Assembly (NCBI GenBank): GCA_042570105.1
Contig: JBHPHW010000001.1
Coordinates: 19,932-83,931, forward strand
Source of the DNA: Candidatus Omnitrophota bacterium
Lineage (GTDB): Bacteria > Omnitrophota > Gorgyraeia > Gorgyraeales > Gorgyraeaceae
Length of the DNA: 64,000 nt
Reading direction: 5' to 3'
Part shown: positions 33,832-44,000 of the stretch, in pieces
How the letters are laid out: every line of letters starts with the position of its first letter
Numbering within the stretch: the first letter of the stretch is position 1
Made by a program: the position numbers and the translations under genes
Notes under the pieces: model-generated
What the model was told of the DNA's origin: nothing
What the model saw: only the letters and a program-made list of their open reading frames with translations
The model's database searches: none

Positions 33832-36555
33832 ATGGGAAAGATAGCAAGGCCCTATAAGATTATAATACTAGTGAGCGCTACTTTGGTACTCTTCTGTGTC
33901 CACGGGGCCTCATACTCTTATGCCCAAGAGCAAAATATCATTGAAAGTTTTGGATTCTATAGTAGAGGCATAGAGTATTATTATGCCGGAAGACTTGAAG
34001 AGGCAAAGGAGGTACTGGAGAGATCCTTGAGGCTTGATCCGAGAAACGATGAGGCATTGGGCTATTTGGATTTGATCAATGCAGAGATTAGGATGGGCGC
34101 AGAAAGAAGATTAGAATACGAGTATGAGGTAGAAGAAGAGCCAGAATATTATTATGAAGAAGTCGATTATGAGCTAGAAGATCTAGATGCCGAATATAGA
34201 TACTTTGGGTCTGGTAAGGAGTACCCGGAAGAACCGCGACCCAGCGAGGATAAAATAAAGGCCATATCCGATGCGCTAAATGATGCGCTTTATCCCAGCC
34301 AGATAAGCGGTGAGTATAAAATGGCCTTTGGGATTACAGCTGAAGATATGATCTGGAAAAGGGCAAATGGCGACTACAATGAACGTAATTTCAGGATGAT
34401 AAACAATGATTTTCCCAAGACAAACACGTTTGACGCAAGGGTGTATGATAGATTTAGAGTAGAATTTGATACAAATAAGGATGAAGAAGGTTTAAATTTC
34501 CACTCTAATATTACTGTAGACCCCTGGAGCTTTGTAGGCAAGACAGAAAAGTTTACAGTTGCCAGTAATGCAGCTCCAGCTGACACGATCGAGTTAGAAC
34601 TAAAGTATTGGTCCGGCACAAGAAGGACTATTAACGAGACCTTTTTTACGCTGGGTCTGGGTAATTCACTTGATACCTCAGAGCTTAAGGTCACAGATGG
34701 CAAAATACCAGCATTTACAGCTTCAAGTATGCAGGCTGAGACTGGGATAAACGCATTTGCAATACCCGAACAAGATGTAGACTTTACATTCCAGCCTGTC
34801 AGGGAGTTGTGGTTTGATTATAATAAGGATGATTACAACTTAAAGGTGTTTCCTCTTGGATTAGAAGACCAGGCCCTTTCTTCGGATGATCCAATGGGTC
34901 TCTCAAATCATCACATTTATTGGCAGCCGAGCCCCTGGCTTGACGACTGGATACCAGGGGAGGTGATAGAAGGAGAAAACCCTGATCAGTTCTGGCGGGG
35001 TCAATGGTCAGATGATCTATCATTTTTTACAAGGGACAGTGATCTGAAAAGACTTACTGCATTAAGAGGTGTTTCTTTTGAGGGAAATTTTTTCGATAAT
35101 ACTGACCTTTCAATGACTGTCGCAAGTCCCAAAGGACTATGGCAGGATTATGAAAGCGTTACTGCCATTCCGGGTGCTGTAAGGACAAAGACTCAATTAA
35201 CCGATCAATTAATGATAGGCACGATAGATACATTTAGAATAGGATATAATGACGGCAAAACAGATTCTTATAATTATACATCAGGTCTTGATATAAGTTA
35301 TGATCTGAGCGACGCTACGAATATAGCCGGAGAAGTTGCTATAAGTAAGAGTGAAGACGATAGAAACAGTGCTTATGAGACGGAGAAAAAGGGGACAGCA
35401 GGGCATATTGCTCTTAAGAAGGAAACGGCTTTAGGAGATGCAAGAATTGCCTATACACATATGGATGAAGGATTTGATCCGGGGCTTGCGGATTACAGGG
35501 AGACAAGAAGGGATACATTTTGGGGGAGGCATATTCACTTTAAGAAGCCGCTTGAGGCAAAAAGCTCTGGAGCGGTTAAATATGAAGATATCGAACCTTT
35601 TAGAATAGGTGATGGAGTAGATGTAGGCAGAAAGGCGATTAACTTTAGGCTCGATACAAAAGATGCCTTTACCAAGAAGATGGATAACCTAATAGATTAT
35701 AGATACGTGAGAGACAGTAATCATAAGTACGTAGAAGGTGTTTTTAGAGAAGAGAATACCTTTAGATTTACCCCGGATTGGACTTCGAAATTTTTATTCA
35801 TAAATCACGACCTTCCGAAGACCAAAGGGGCCATAGATCCTATAGCATATGATACAGATACAGGAGAATTTTTTAATAATGCCGATATTGAGGACGGTAA
35901 GGATCCATCTGTTTCTACATATTCTATAGGCCTGGAATATGCCCCAGAAGACTGGATAAGCCTTTTCGGGATATACGAAAATACAAACGATTTTACCTTT
36001 GCCACGGGGACTCACCCCAATGGCCTTTTGAACAATTTTAATTTTAATACCGAGACTATAGAAGGAAAAGTGTATAGGGAAAGGTGGCCCCAGTTATATG
36101 GCCAGGATTTTTTTGACCTGCCACCGTACGAACGTTTTAATATATACAGGACAGGCGTTTCCCTAAGACCAACAAAAGATCTCGGTATAGACCTTGACTA
36201 TACCAAGAATGACTTTAAATTTGCGCAAAGTATAGACAATAATATGAATCACTTTGGCGCAACCCTAAGCTATAATTTCACTCCTAGATTGACAGGATTT
36301 TTAAAATATACATTTTCAAAGGCATATAATCTATATCGCTTGAATACAAGCGGCGATTTAAATTATGAAGACCACCACAATGTATTTATGGAGCTGGATT
36401 ATAATGTCACAGAATTTGGACTTTTGACGATACAGTTTGGAGAGGGAAACGTTGTATCACCTGTGTGGGGTGCTACTGCGAGTCCTTTTGGGGATTTTTA
36501 TCCTACGCTTGACACGCAGCACATACTACGTGTTTATTACCAGGGGATATTTTAA
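33832..36555 (+). CDS. Large outer-membrane protein: signal peptide, TPR-like segment, acidic Tyr/Glu-rich linker, and C-terminal beta-barrel ending in aromatic Phe (putative substrate-specific porin).
   Basis: Signal LVLFCVHGASYSYAQE. TPR-like YYYAGRLEEAKEVLERSLRLDPRNDEALGYL. Alternating amphipathic beta-strand-like segments through the C-terminal 600 aa. C-terminus ...LRVYYQGIF (terminal F is an OMP signature). Confidence 0.5.
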   Translation: MGKIARPYKIIILVSATLVLFCVHGASYSYAQEQNIIESFGFYSRGIEYYYAGRLEEAKEVLERSLRLDPRNDEALGYLDLINAEIRMGAERRLEYEYEVEEEPEYYYEEVDYELEDLDAEYRYFGSGKEYPEEPRPSEDKIKAISDALNDALYPSQISGEYKMAFGITAEDMIWKRANGDYNERNFRMINNDFPKTNTFDARVYDRFRVEFDTNKDEEGLNFHSNITVDPWSFVGKTEKFTVASNAAPADTIELELKYWSGTRRTINETFFTLGLGNSLDTSELKVTDGKIPAFTASSMQAETGINAFAIPEQDVDFTFQPVRELWFDYNKDDYNLKVFPLGLEDQALSSDDPMGLSNHHIYWQPSPWLDDWIPGEVIEGENPDQFWRGQWSDDLSFFTRDSDLKRLTALRGVSFEGNFFDNTDLSMTVASPKGLWQDYESVTAIPGAVRTKTQLTDQLMIGTIDTFRIGYNDGKTDSYNYTSGLDISYDLSDATNIAGEVAISKSEDDRNSAYETEKKGTAGHIALKKETALGDARIAYTHMDEGFDPGLADYRETRRDTFWGRHIHFKKPLEAKSSGAVKYEDIEPFRIGDGVDVGRKAINFRLDTKDAFTKKMDNLIDYRYVRDSNHKYVEGVFREENTFRFTPDWTSKFLFINHDLPKTKGAIDPIAYDTDTGEFFNNADIEDGKDPSVSTYSIGLEYAPEDWISLFGIYENTNDFTFATGTHPNGLLNNFNFNTETIEGKVYRERWPQLYGQDFFDLPPYERFNIYRTGVSLRPTKDLGIDLDYTKNDFKFAQSIDNNMNHFGATLSYNFTPRLTGFLKYTFSKAYNLYRLNTSGDLNYEDHHNVFMELDYNVTEFGLLTIQFGEGNVVSPVWGATASPFGDFYPTLDTQHILRVYYQGIF

Positions 36556-36572
36556 AAAAAAGGAGGGCAACC

Positions 36573-37802
36573 ATGCCTGTTAGAAAAGAAAGGGTGTTCG
36601 AAAGTCAGTCGCTTTCGGACCACGAAAAGAAAAATTTTTCCATATTAGAGCTTATTCGTAGGAACGGTCCTATTACGAGAGCTGATATTTCAAAGACAAC
36701 AGATCTAAATATAGTAACGGTCTCAAATTATATAAATACCTACATTGACGAAGGATTGGTCATTGAGGGCGGGATGGAGGCATCTTCAGGCGGCAGGAAG
36801 CCGTCCCTTGTCAAATTAAACGAGGGGAACTCTTGTGCCATAGGACTTGATCTCGGGCATATGGGCGCAGGGGGCGCGAGTATGATAGGAGTGGTTACAG
36901 ACCTTTCAGGCAAGGTAATAACAAGGATTGAGAAAAAAAGAGAAAAAGACAGCATGGATAGGATCATTGATAAATCCCTTGACCTGATAGACGAATTAAT
37001 AAATAAAAAAGGTGTTAATAAAGACAAGGTCAAAGGGGTCGGTATAGGTCTGGGTGGGATCATAGATGAGAACCTCGGCACAGTAAGGGACTCTTCAAAA
37101 AGCGGCATACGCACAAGCTACGTATCCATAAAAGGCCTTATTGAAGAGAGGTTTAGTTTGCCTTCTTTCTTAGGCAATGATGCTACGTTTGCTGCATTTG
37201 GCGAGAAGATGCATGCCCTTCCTATGGATGTGGAGGATGTTATCTATATGTATTCTGACGTAGGAAGCGGTATTATAATAAAAGGCGGCATCTATTGTGG
37301 CGCCAGCGGCTCAGCAGGAGAGATCCGTATTAATTATCCAAGAAATGGAGATTATATGAGATCTTCAAAGGACCTTTCATTTTTACTGCCTATGGGCCTG
37401 GACCTTGGGCTTATAGCTAATGCAAAGAAATTGATAGAAGATGAAGGGATCTCTTCGACTATAGCTAAAAATGGCACAGAGAATATAACAATGAATGATA
37501 TAATGGAGGCAGCGAAATCTAGCGATACCCTTGCAATAGAGTTACTGGAGGATGCAGCTGTTAATTTAGGGGTGAGGATCGCATATTTAGTAAATCTGTT
37601 TAATCCGGAGATAGTTATAATAGGTGGTGGCATTGAAAAGGCAGGGAGTTTATTTCTAGAGCCATTGAGAAGGACAGTGAGAAAGTGGGCCTTTGAGGAA
37701 CCCGCTAATATTGTAAAGATAATACCTGCGTATCTTGGTAATGATGCTGTGGCATTAGGCGCAGCCAGTGTTGTAATAAAGAATGTTTTTATAAAGGCAT
37801 AA
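36573..37802 (+). CDS. ROK-family transcriptional regulator (N-terminal wHTH plus sugar-kinase-like domain).
   Basis: HTH ILELIRRNGPITRADISKTTDLNIVTVSNYINTYIDEGLV. ROK motifs GLDLGHMGAGGASMIGVV, GIGLGGIID. RBS aaaaaaaaggagggcaaccATG. Confidence 0.8.
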   Translation: MPVRKERVFESQSLSDHEKKNFSILELIRRNGPITRADISKTTDLNIVTVSNYINTYIDEGLVIEGGMEASSGGRKPSLVKLNEGNSCAIGLDLGHMGAGGASMIGVVTDLSGKVITRIEKKREKDSMDRIIDKSLDLIDELINKKGVNKDKVKGVGIGLGGIIDENLGTVRDSSKSGIRTSYVSIKGLIEERFSLPSFLGNDATFAAFGEKMHALPMDVEDVIYMYSDVGSGIIIKGGIYCGASGSAGEIRINYPRNGDYMRSSKDLSFLLPMGLDLGLIANAKKLIEDEGISSTIAKNGTENITMNDIMEAAKSSDTLAIELLEDAAVNLGVRIAYLVNLFNPEIVIIGGGIEKAGSLFLEPLRRTVRKWAFEEPANIVKIIPAYLGNDAVALGAASVVIKNVFIKA

Positions 37803-37808
37803 CCGTAT

Positions 37809-37868
37809 CAAAACTGTATCAAAATCTTTGTAACTGTATATTGACAAAAGAGTAATCGTATGATATAC
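37809..37868 (+). promoter_or_regulatory. Sigma70-type promoter (-35 TTGACA, 17-bp spacer, extended -10 TGaTATACT) preceded by tandem direct repeats CTGTATCAAAA x2 and a third CTGTATATTGACA overlapping the -35. Candidate operator for the efflux operon.
   Basis: Read directly: accgtatcaaaactgtatcaaaatctttgtaactgtatattgacaaaagagtaatcgtatgatatacttc. The gene start is about 22 nt downstream, with RBS aaggagaag. Confidence 0.45.
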
Positions 37869-37890
37869 TTCTCGCTTACAAGGAGAAGCC

Positions 37891-39714
37891 GTGCAGATAA
37901 AGCGTATCATATTGTTATATCTTGTTACAATTATTACAGTTATAGTAATATATCCCTCCGTATCACTTTCTTATCCAACCTCAGATGAATCTGTTACTCA
38001 ATATATACTAGACTTATCAAGAGATATTACTAAATCTATCCAGAAATCAGATAAGTCTATAATATATAGTTCAAGAGGAGAGCTTGTTTTAAAGCTTCTC
38101 CTTTCTCCATGGGGCGAATTAAAGGATGTTTACATCTCTGAATCTTCAGGCAATGAAGAGCTTGATGGCCTCTTTCTAAAGACAGTTTGGATGTATGACA
38201 GGTACCAACCTTTTCCTGAAGATCTTGGTGAGAATGAGCTCTGGATAGATGTGCCTATAATATTAGAGATCGATAGTCTCAGGGCCACGCAGGATAAGGT
38301 ATGGAGCTACTCTGAAGATGTCAAGACGCAATTCATTGGGCCTGAGGGTTTAGGTATAGATGAAGCAGTTGACATCGCATTGGAGAATCGGGAGGCCTTA
38401 AAGATAGCTCATGAAGAGATGGAGCTCTCTAATCTTAAAATCAGAGAGGCCAGGCGAGCGCTTTATCCTACTGCAAGTCTTAATTTTTTAGAGACAGTTG
38501 GAAGGGTTAGTAGCGCGGTGCAGGATTTTACTGACAAAGAGTATAAAGTAAAATTTGAATACCCTCTGTATTATGGGTGGAGGCTTAAATATGCGGTTGA
38601 CCAGGCAGTCAGTAATATGAAGGCTTCTAAACATAACTATGATAAGGTCATGCAGGATTTAAGGATCGGAGTAGAGACAGCATTCTACTCATATATAGCG
38701 ACTAAGTCTAATGTAAGGTTACAAAGGGCCCTTTTAGATGAGGCAGAGGGAATTTTTGATGTCGCAGAAAAAAGATTCAGGCTTGGATTGACCACAAAGG
38801 CTGAATTTTTACAGGTAGAGTCTCAACTAAACCAGATTATTTATCAAGTAACTTCGAGTGAGAATGATATGGAAATAGCAGCCCTTACTTTGGCGCAGGC
38901 AATGGATGCTAAAGATCCAAATAACTTGGAAGATCTGATAGATATAGACAAGGATTTTATGGATCTAGAGCCTATAGATATAAGTGTGACATTGGAAGAG
39001 TGTATGGAGTTGGCATACAAGAATAGGCCTGATAAGAAGGAAAAAGAGCATATGGTGGAATTTAATGACTACGGACGAAAGATCGCGAAGAGCAAGGACC
39101 AGTTAGCGCTTGACTTCACCGGCACTTATGGAAAATCCGGGGGCGCATTTGAGTCTGAAACATTAGAGCTGGATGAGGATTGGTACCTGGGCCTAAAAGT
39201 TTCAAAACCTTTAGGCGGCAATACACTTTCTACTACCTATACAAAGGAGGAGACAAGCCCAAAGCACGGCCAGTCAACAAATACAGAGACAGTCAGTAAG
39301 TCGGTAGAATTGGGGCTGCTTGATAATCTTCAGAGTTTTTCTGAGAAGAAATCCAGCGGCATTGCATTAAAGAAGGCCAGAGAGGAGTTGTGGCAGGTTA
39401 AAGAATCCATTTTTAAAGAAGTAAAAGAGACCTTCCTGAATTATACAAAAGGATTGGTCCAGATAAGGTCTAATATAAATAAGATCAGATATAGAGAGGA
39501 AGAGCTAAAGATCACAAAGGCGCGGAGTGAGTTAAATGAGATACCATCCTCAGGGCTTTTAAAGGCGCATATAGATTTGACCGATGAAAGGTCATTTTAC
39601 ATCGAGGCGGTTGGCAGCCTATATCAGTCTCTTGTAAAGTTAAATAAGGCCACAGGTTATGCCCTGTTTTTAGATAACGAAAGTTTTATGTTGGCGAACG
39701 TAGGAAAACAATGA
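37891..39714 (+). CDS. Outer-membrane efflux protein (TolC/OMF family) with an N-terminal extension.
   Basis: Signal peptide. Two OEP-like repeats with coiled-coil-prone segments (…LYPTASLNFLETVGRVSS…, …LALDFTGTYGKSGG…). Located upstream of MFP plus two RND genes. Confidence 0.6.
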   Translation: MQIKRIILLYLVTIITVIVIYPSVSLSYPTSDESVTQYILDLSRDITKSIQKSDKSIIYSSRGELVLKLLLSPWGELKDVYISESSGNEELDGLFLKTVWMYDRYQPFPEDLGENELWIDVPIILEIDSLRATQDKVWSYSEDVKTQFIGPEGLGIDEAVDIALENREALKIAHEEMELSNLKIREARRALYPTASLNFLETVGRVSSAVQDFTDKEYKVKFEYPLYYGWRLKYAVDQAVSNMKASKHNYDKVMQDLRIGVETAFYSYIATKSNVRLQRALLDEAEGIFDVAEKRFRLGLTTKAEFLQVESQLNQIIYQVTSSENDMEIAALTLAQAMDAKDPNNLEDLIDIDKDFMDLEPIDISVTLEECMELAYKNRPDKKEKEHMVEFNDYGRKIAKSKDQLALDFTGTYGKSGGAFESETLELDEDWYLGLKVSKPLGGNTLSTTYTKEETSPKHGQSTNTETVSKSVELGLLDNLQSFSEKKSSGIALKKAREELWQVKESIFKEVKETFLNYTKGLVQIRSNINKIRYREEELKITKARSELNEIPSSGLLKAHIDLTDERSFYIEAVGSLYQSLVKLNKATGYALFLDNESFMLANVGKQ

Positions 39715-40901
39715 AGAAATCAAAGACATTTCTAATAGGTTTTATACTTTTATGGGTGTTGGGATTTTTAGTTATATGGGGCATTACAGCATCTAACAGA
39801 TTTTCCATAAAGAAGGCTATTTTGGGCGTAAAGACAGAAGATAAAGAAGTGGACGCTGAGCGAGGGCTAGATTCTGATAGAGCTCCAAGAAGCGATGCAG
39901 TGCCGGTCAGATGTTTCAGAGTAGGATTGACAGACTTCAAGGATGATCTGCCTGTAATGGGCACAGTAAAAGCGGCATTGGAGATAGGACTTAAGTTTGA
40001 GATCAATGGCGTAATAGAATCCATTGGTTTCAGAGAGGGTGATGTTATTTATAAGGGGGATTTAATAGCTATTTTGAACAAAAAGGATGTGCAGTTAAAA
40101 GTAGATTATTCCAAGAGTAAATTAGAGACCAGTAAAACGCAGTCTCTTGCAGCTAAAAAGAAACACCAGATCATTGAAGATCTTTACGAGATAGGCGGTA
40201 TTATAAAGGCAAAATTAGAAGAGGCAGAGTTGGAGGCAAAGGGCGCTGAGCTTCAGGTTGCATCAGCCGAAGTAGAACTTCGATCAGCAGAGGCAGAGTT
40301 TTTAAAGACAGATCTTTATGCGCCACGTGATGGAGTCTTGGGATCAAGAGATGCCGAGGCGGGAGAATTTGTTACGCCACAAGATAAGATCGCCACCCTA
40401 TATGATACAGTAGAGGTGTTTGTGGAACTTGGCATAGTGGAAAAGGATATAGATAAGATCGCGCTTGGTCAGGACGTAACAGTTACAGTAGATGCATATC
40501 CAGGGGCGGCCTTTACAGGCACAATAGACAATGTTTTTCCTATTATCGAAGGAAAATCCAGGACACTTACTGTCAGGGTAGGGATACAAAACCCAGACGC
40601 ATTGCTCTTGCCGGGTATGTTTGCCAGGGCCATGATTACTGTTGCTGAATTTTATAACGCAATAGTCGTCCCTAGTATGAGCCTAAACATGGTAGACGGA
40701 GATTATATAATTTTTAGCGTTGACGAAGGTAATACTGTTTCCTCGAGGCCTGTAGAGGTGGCCTATGTGACTACTGACTACACTGTGATAGCTTCCGGCC
40801 TGTATGAAGGTGAGGTGATAGTAACTGATACGCCGCAGGAACTTAAAAATGGGATGCCTGCAGAGATCATAGAATTGCAGGAGAGTATCATAGAGGAATA
40901 G
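39711..40901 (+). CDS. RND efflux periplasmic adaptor (membrane fusion protein, HlyD/AcrA family).
   Basis: N-terminal TM anchor. Biotinyl/lipoyl-like halves (GDLIAILNKKD ... YAPRDGVLGS). Long coiled-coil hairpin. Beta-barrel domain (TLTVRVGIQNPD). Confidence 0.75.
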   Translation: MKKSKTFLIGFILLWVLGFLVIWGITASNRFSIKKAILGVKTEDKEVDAERGLDSDRAPRSDAVPVRCFRVGLTDFKDDLPVMGTVKAALEIGLKFEINGVIESIGFREGDVIYKGDLIAILNKKDVQLKVDYSKSKLETSKTQSLAAKKKHQIIEDLYEIGGIIKAKLEEAELEAKGAELQVASAEVELRSAEAEFLKTDLYAPRDGVLGSRDAEAGEFVTPQDKIATLYDTVEVFVELGIVEKDIDKIALGQDVTVTVDAYPGAAFTGTIDNVFPIIEGKSRTLTVRVGIQNPDALLLPGMFARAMITVAEFYNAIVVPSMSLNMVDGDYIIFSVDEGNTVSSRPVEVAYVTTDYTVIASGLYEGEVIVTDTPQELKNGMPAEIIELQESIIEE

Positions 40902-40904
40902 ATA

Positions 40905-40984
40905 GCAGGCGTCCTATTTTGGTACACCCTACTTTTTGCTTTCGTAAAATCTGATTGTAGGGTGTACCAAAATAGGACGCCTGC
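40905..40984. repeat. 28-bp perfect inverted repeat (gcaggcgtcctattttggtacaccctac / gtagggtgtaccaaaataggacgcctgc) separated by a 24-nt loop, between the MFP stop and the RND start.
   Basis: Left arm 40905-40932 and right arm 40957-40984 are exact reverse complements (checked base by base). Spacer tttttgctttcgtaaaatctgatt. Confidence 0.9.
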
Positions 40985-41013
40985 AAAGGCTTGCTCTGAA
41001 GGCTAGATGAATA

Positions 41014-44000
41014 ATGAGACTCTCAGAATTTTCAGTAGATCGGCCTGTTACAATCTCAATGTTTTTTCTTGGGGTGCTGATGCTTGGCCTGATATCCTTG
41101 ACCAGGCTTCCCCGAGAGCTTTTTCCTTCCATTACCTATCCCCAACTTACAGTAATTACCGCATATGAGAATGCTGCACCAGAAGAAGTAGAGACCCTTA
41201 TTACAAAAATAATAGAAGAGACAGTCGGCACCGTAAGCAACTTGAAGCGCATAAGCTCTATATCAAAAGAAGGGGTCTCGATCGTCACTGCTGAATTTGG
41301 CTGGGGCGTTGATATGGATTTTGCATCTTTGGGCGTGCGTGAAAAAATAGATCTTATAAAGGAAAGACTTCCTCTTGGCTCAACCGATCCAATAGTAATG
41401 AAATTCAATCCTTTTGAACTACCCATCATGACACTCAGCGTTACAGGAGATAAGACGCCCTCAGAACTTCTCAGGCTTTCGAGAAAGTTCATAAAAGACG
41501 AACTCGAAAAGGTTGAAGGGGTAGCGTATAGCAATATAAGCGGCGGTTTAGAAAGAGAGATACTTGTGTCTATAGATGAAGGTAGGCTCTCGGCATCCCG
41601 CGTATCCATAACTAAAATAGTTGAGGCATTGAAATCATCCAATTTAAATTATCCTGCAGGCACAATAGAAGAACATTTTTATGAATATCTCATTAGAACG
41701 ATGGGAGAATTTAAGATAGTGCCGGAGATAGAGAAGACTATTGTGGGGAAGGATGAATCAGAGAAAGACCCCCGCGTAAATAAGGCCTCCTCTTACGAAC
41801 AGGAAGGAAGAGCCCGTCTTATATATTTAAAGGATATCGCAGAGATAAAGGATACATTTCAGGAACGGAGTAGCATATCACGTTATAACGGAAAGGAGAA
41901 TATATCAATCGCGGTGCAGAAACAGGCAGGGATGAATACTCTGCAGGTTGCCCAGAATGTAAGGAAGAGGCTTACAGAGATAAGAGGAGATCTACCCCGC
42001 GGCATGGATGTAAAAGTAGTATATGACCAGTCGATATTTATAAAGAGATCGATACGCGGCGTGATGAAGGCAGCTATTCAGGGCGGGATCCTTGCATTTT
42101 TAGTGCTTTTTGTTTTTCTAAGAAATATAAAGGCCTCCTTGATAGTAGCGTTTTCTATGCCGATATCTATTATGGTTGCCTTTAGTCTTATGTATTTTAA
42201 CGGGATTACCTTAAACATGCTTTCTCTGGGAGGGCTTGCGCTTGGCATAGGGATGCTCGTGGATAATGCAATAGTTGTAATCGAGAATATATACAGTCAT
42301 TTTCAGAGAAAAAAGGATATAAAAGAATCCTCAAAATCCGGGGCAAGCGAGATGCAGGGCGCCATATTCTCTTCGACCCTCACTACTGTAGCAGTATTTT
42401 TGCCGATGATATTTGTGGTGGGCGTGGCAGGCCAGTTATTTAAGGAGCTGGCTTTCACTGTGTCATTTTCACTCCTGGCTTCCTTAATAGTGGCGCTCTC
42501 TTTAATACCCCGTCTGACTGCAGTAGGTGGCCGGGTGAAAGCTTCGGATAGAGGCCCTCTCTCGAGTGCTACGGCCTCAAGCGCTGTTTCTCTATCGAGC
42601 GCCGAGGACACCAAAAATAAATATTTTACGTTTGGATTGGACCGTCTTTATTCAAAGGCGATACCCAAGATATTGAAGCATAGATGGCCTTTTTTAGGGG
42701 GCATACTTCTGATATTTACTTTGAGCATAGGCCTATTTACATTGATAGACAAAGAGTTTATGCCTAAGGTAGACCAGCGTGAATTTATCATAAAGGTAAA
42801 TATGCCAGGCGGCACGAAACTAAAGGTCACAGATAATGTCATAGAGAAAATAGAAAGAGAACTTTTTGATATGGAAGAGCCCGGGGGTGTGGCTGTAAGC
42901 ATAGGTTCCAGCAAGAAACGTGATTTTACCCAGGGCCTTGAGACGATGGGTTCTCATCAGGCCCAGATCATAGTGACCTTGAGGAAAGGAAAAAAATGGA
43001 AGGCGACTTCTAAGATAGTAGATAGATTAAAAAATAGACTGGATAGGTTGGATTTAGAAGGCGCAGAGATAGAGTATATTTTGCAGGAAAGTGTTTTTAA
43101 AACAGCGCTTCAGGGGAGCGCTCCTATTGTCATTGAAATAAAAGGAAAAGACCTCAAGAAGATCGAAGAAGTCTCCGAATATGTTAAAGATGGCCTCTTG
43201 GATATAAAAGGTATCTACGGAATACGCACAAGCCTTACTAAGCCTTCCCCCGAAACAAAGGTAAATATTCTAAAAGATAGAGCTAGTCTTTACAATCTTT
43301 CAACAGCTGTGATCGCGCAGGCAGCGCATACTGCAATAAAAGGTGTAGTCGCCACTAAATTTAAAGAAGAAGGGAGAGAGGTAGATATAAAAGTGAGACT
43401 AAGAAAAGAAGGCCGGAAAAGGCTTTCGCAGCTTAGGAATATCCTTATCCATTCTCCGCTTGATATAGAAGTACCGCTCTCAGAGGTCGCTTATATCGCT
43501 CAAGGAGTCGGGCCGAGTGAGATAAAAAGACTTGATCAGCAAAGGGTAGTCCTTGTAACGGCAAATATCGCGGATAGGGCATTGGATAAAGTGATCTTGG
43601 ACATAAATCTATTATTGGAACGGATCGAAGAGGCGCATATTAGAGATCTGGATATGTTAAAGGATAGAGAAAAGGATATCGATATGTCTCTATCAGGAGA
43701 AAGCCGAGAGATGAGAGAATCTTTCAGGTCTCTTAGATTTGCGTTGCTTTTATCGATACTTTTGGTATACATGATAATGGCTGCACAGTTTGAATCTTTA
43801 TGGCAGCCGTTTATTATTATGTTTACAGTACCTTTGTCCCTTATGGGTGTATTTGTCGCATTATTTTTAACGCGCACTCCTATAAGCGTTGTTGTGATGC
43901 TCGGGTTTATAATACTGGGGGGCATTGTTGTCAATAATGGGATTATTTTAATAGACGGTATAAATAGATTGCGCGCTAAAGGAGTAGAATTAATCGAGGC

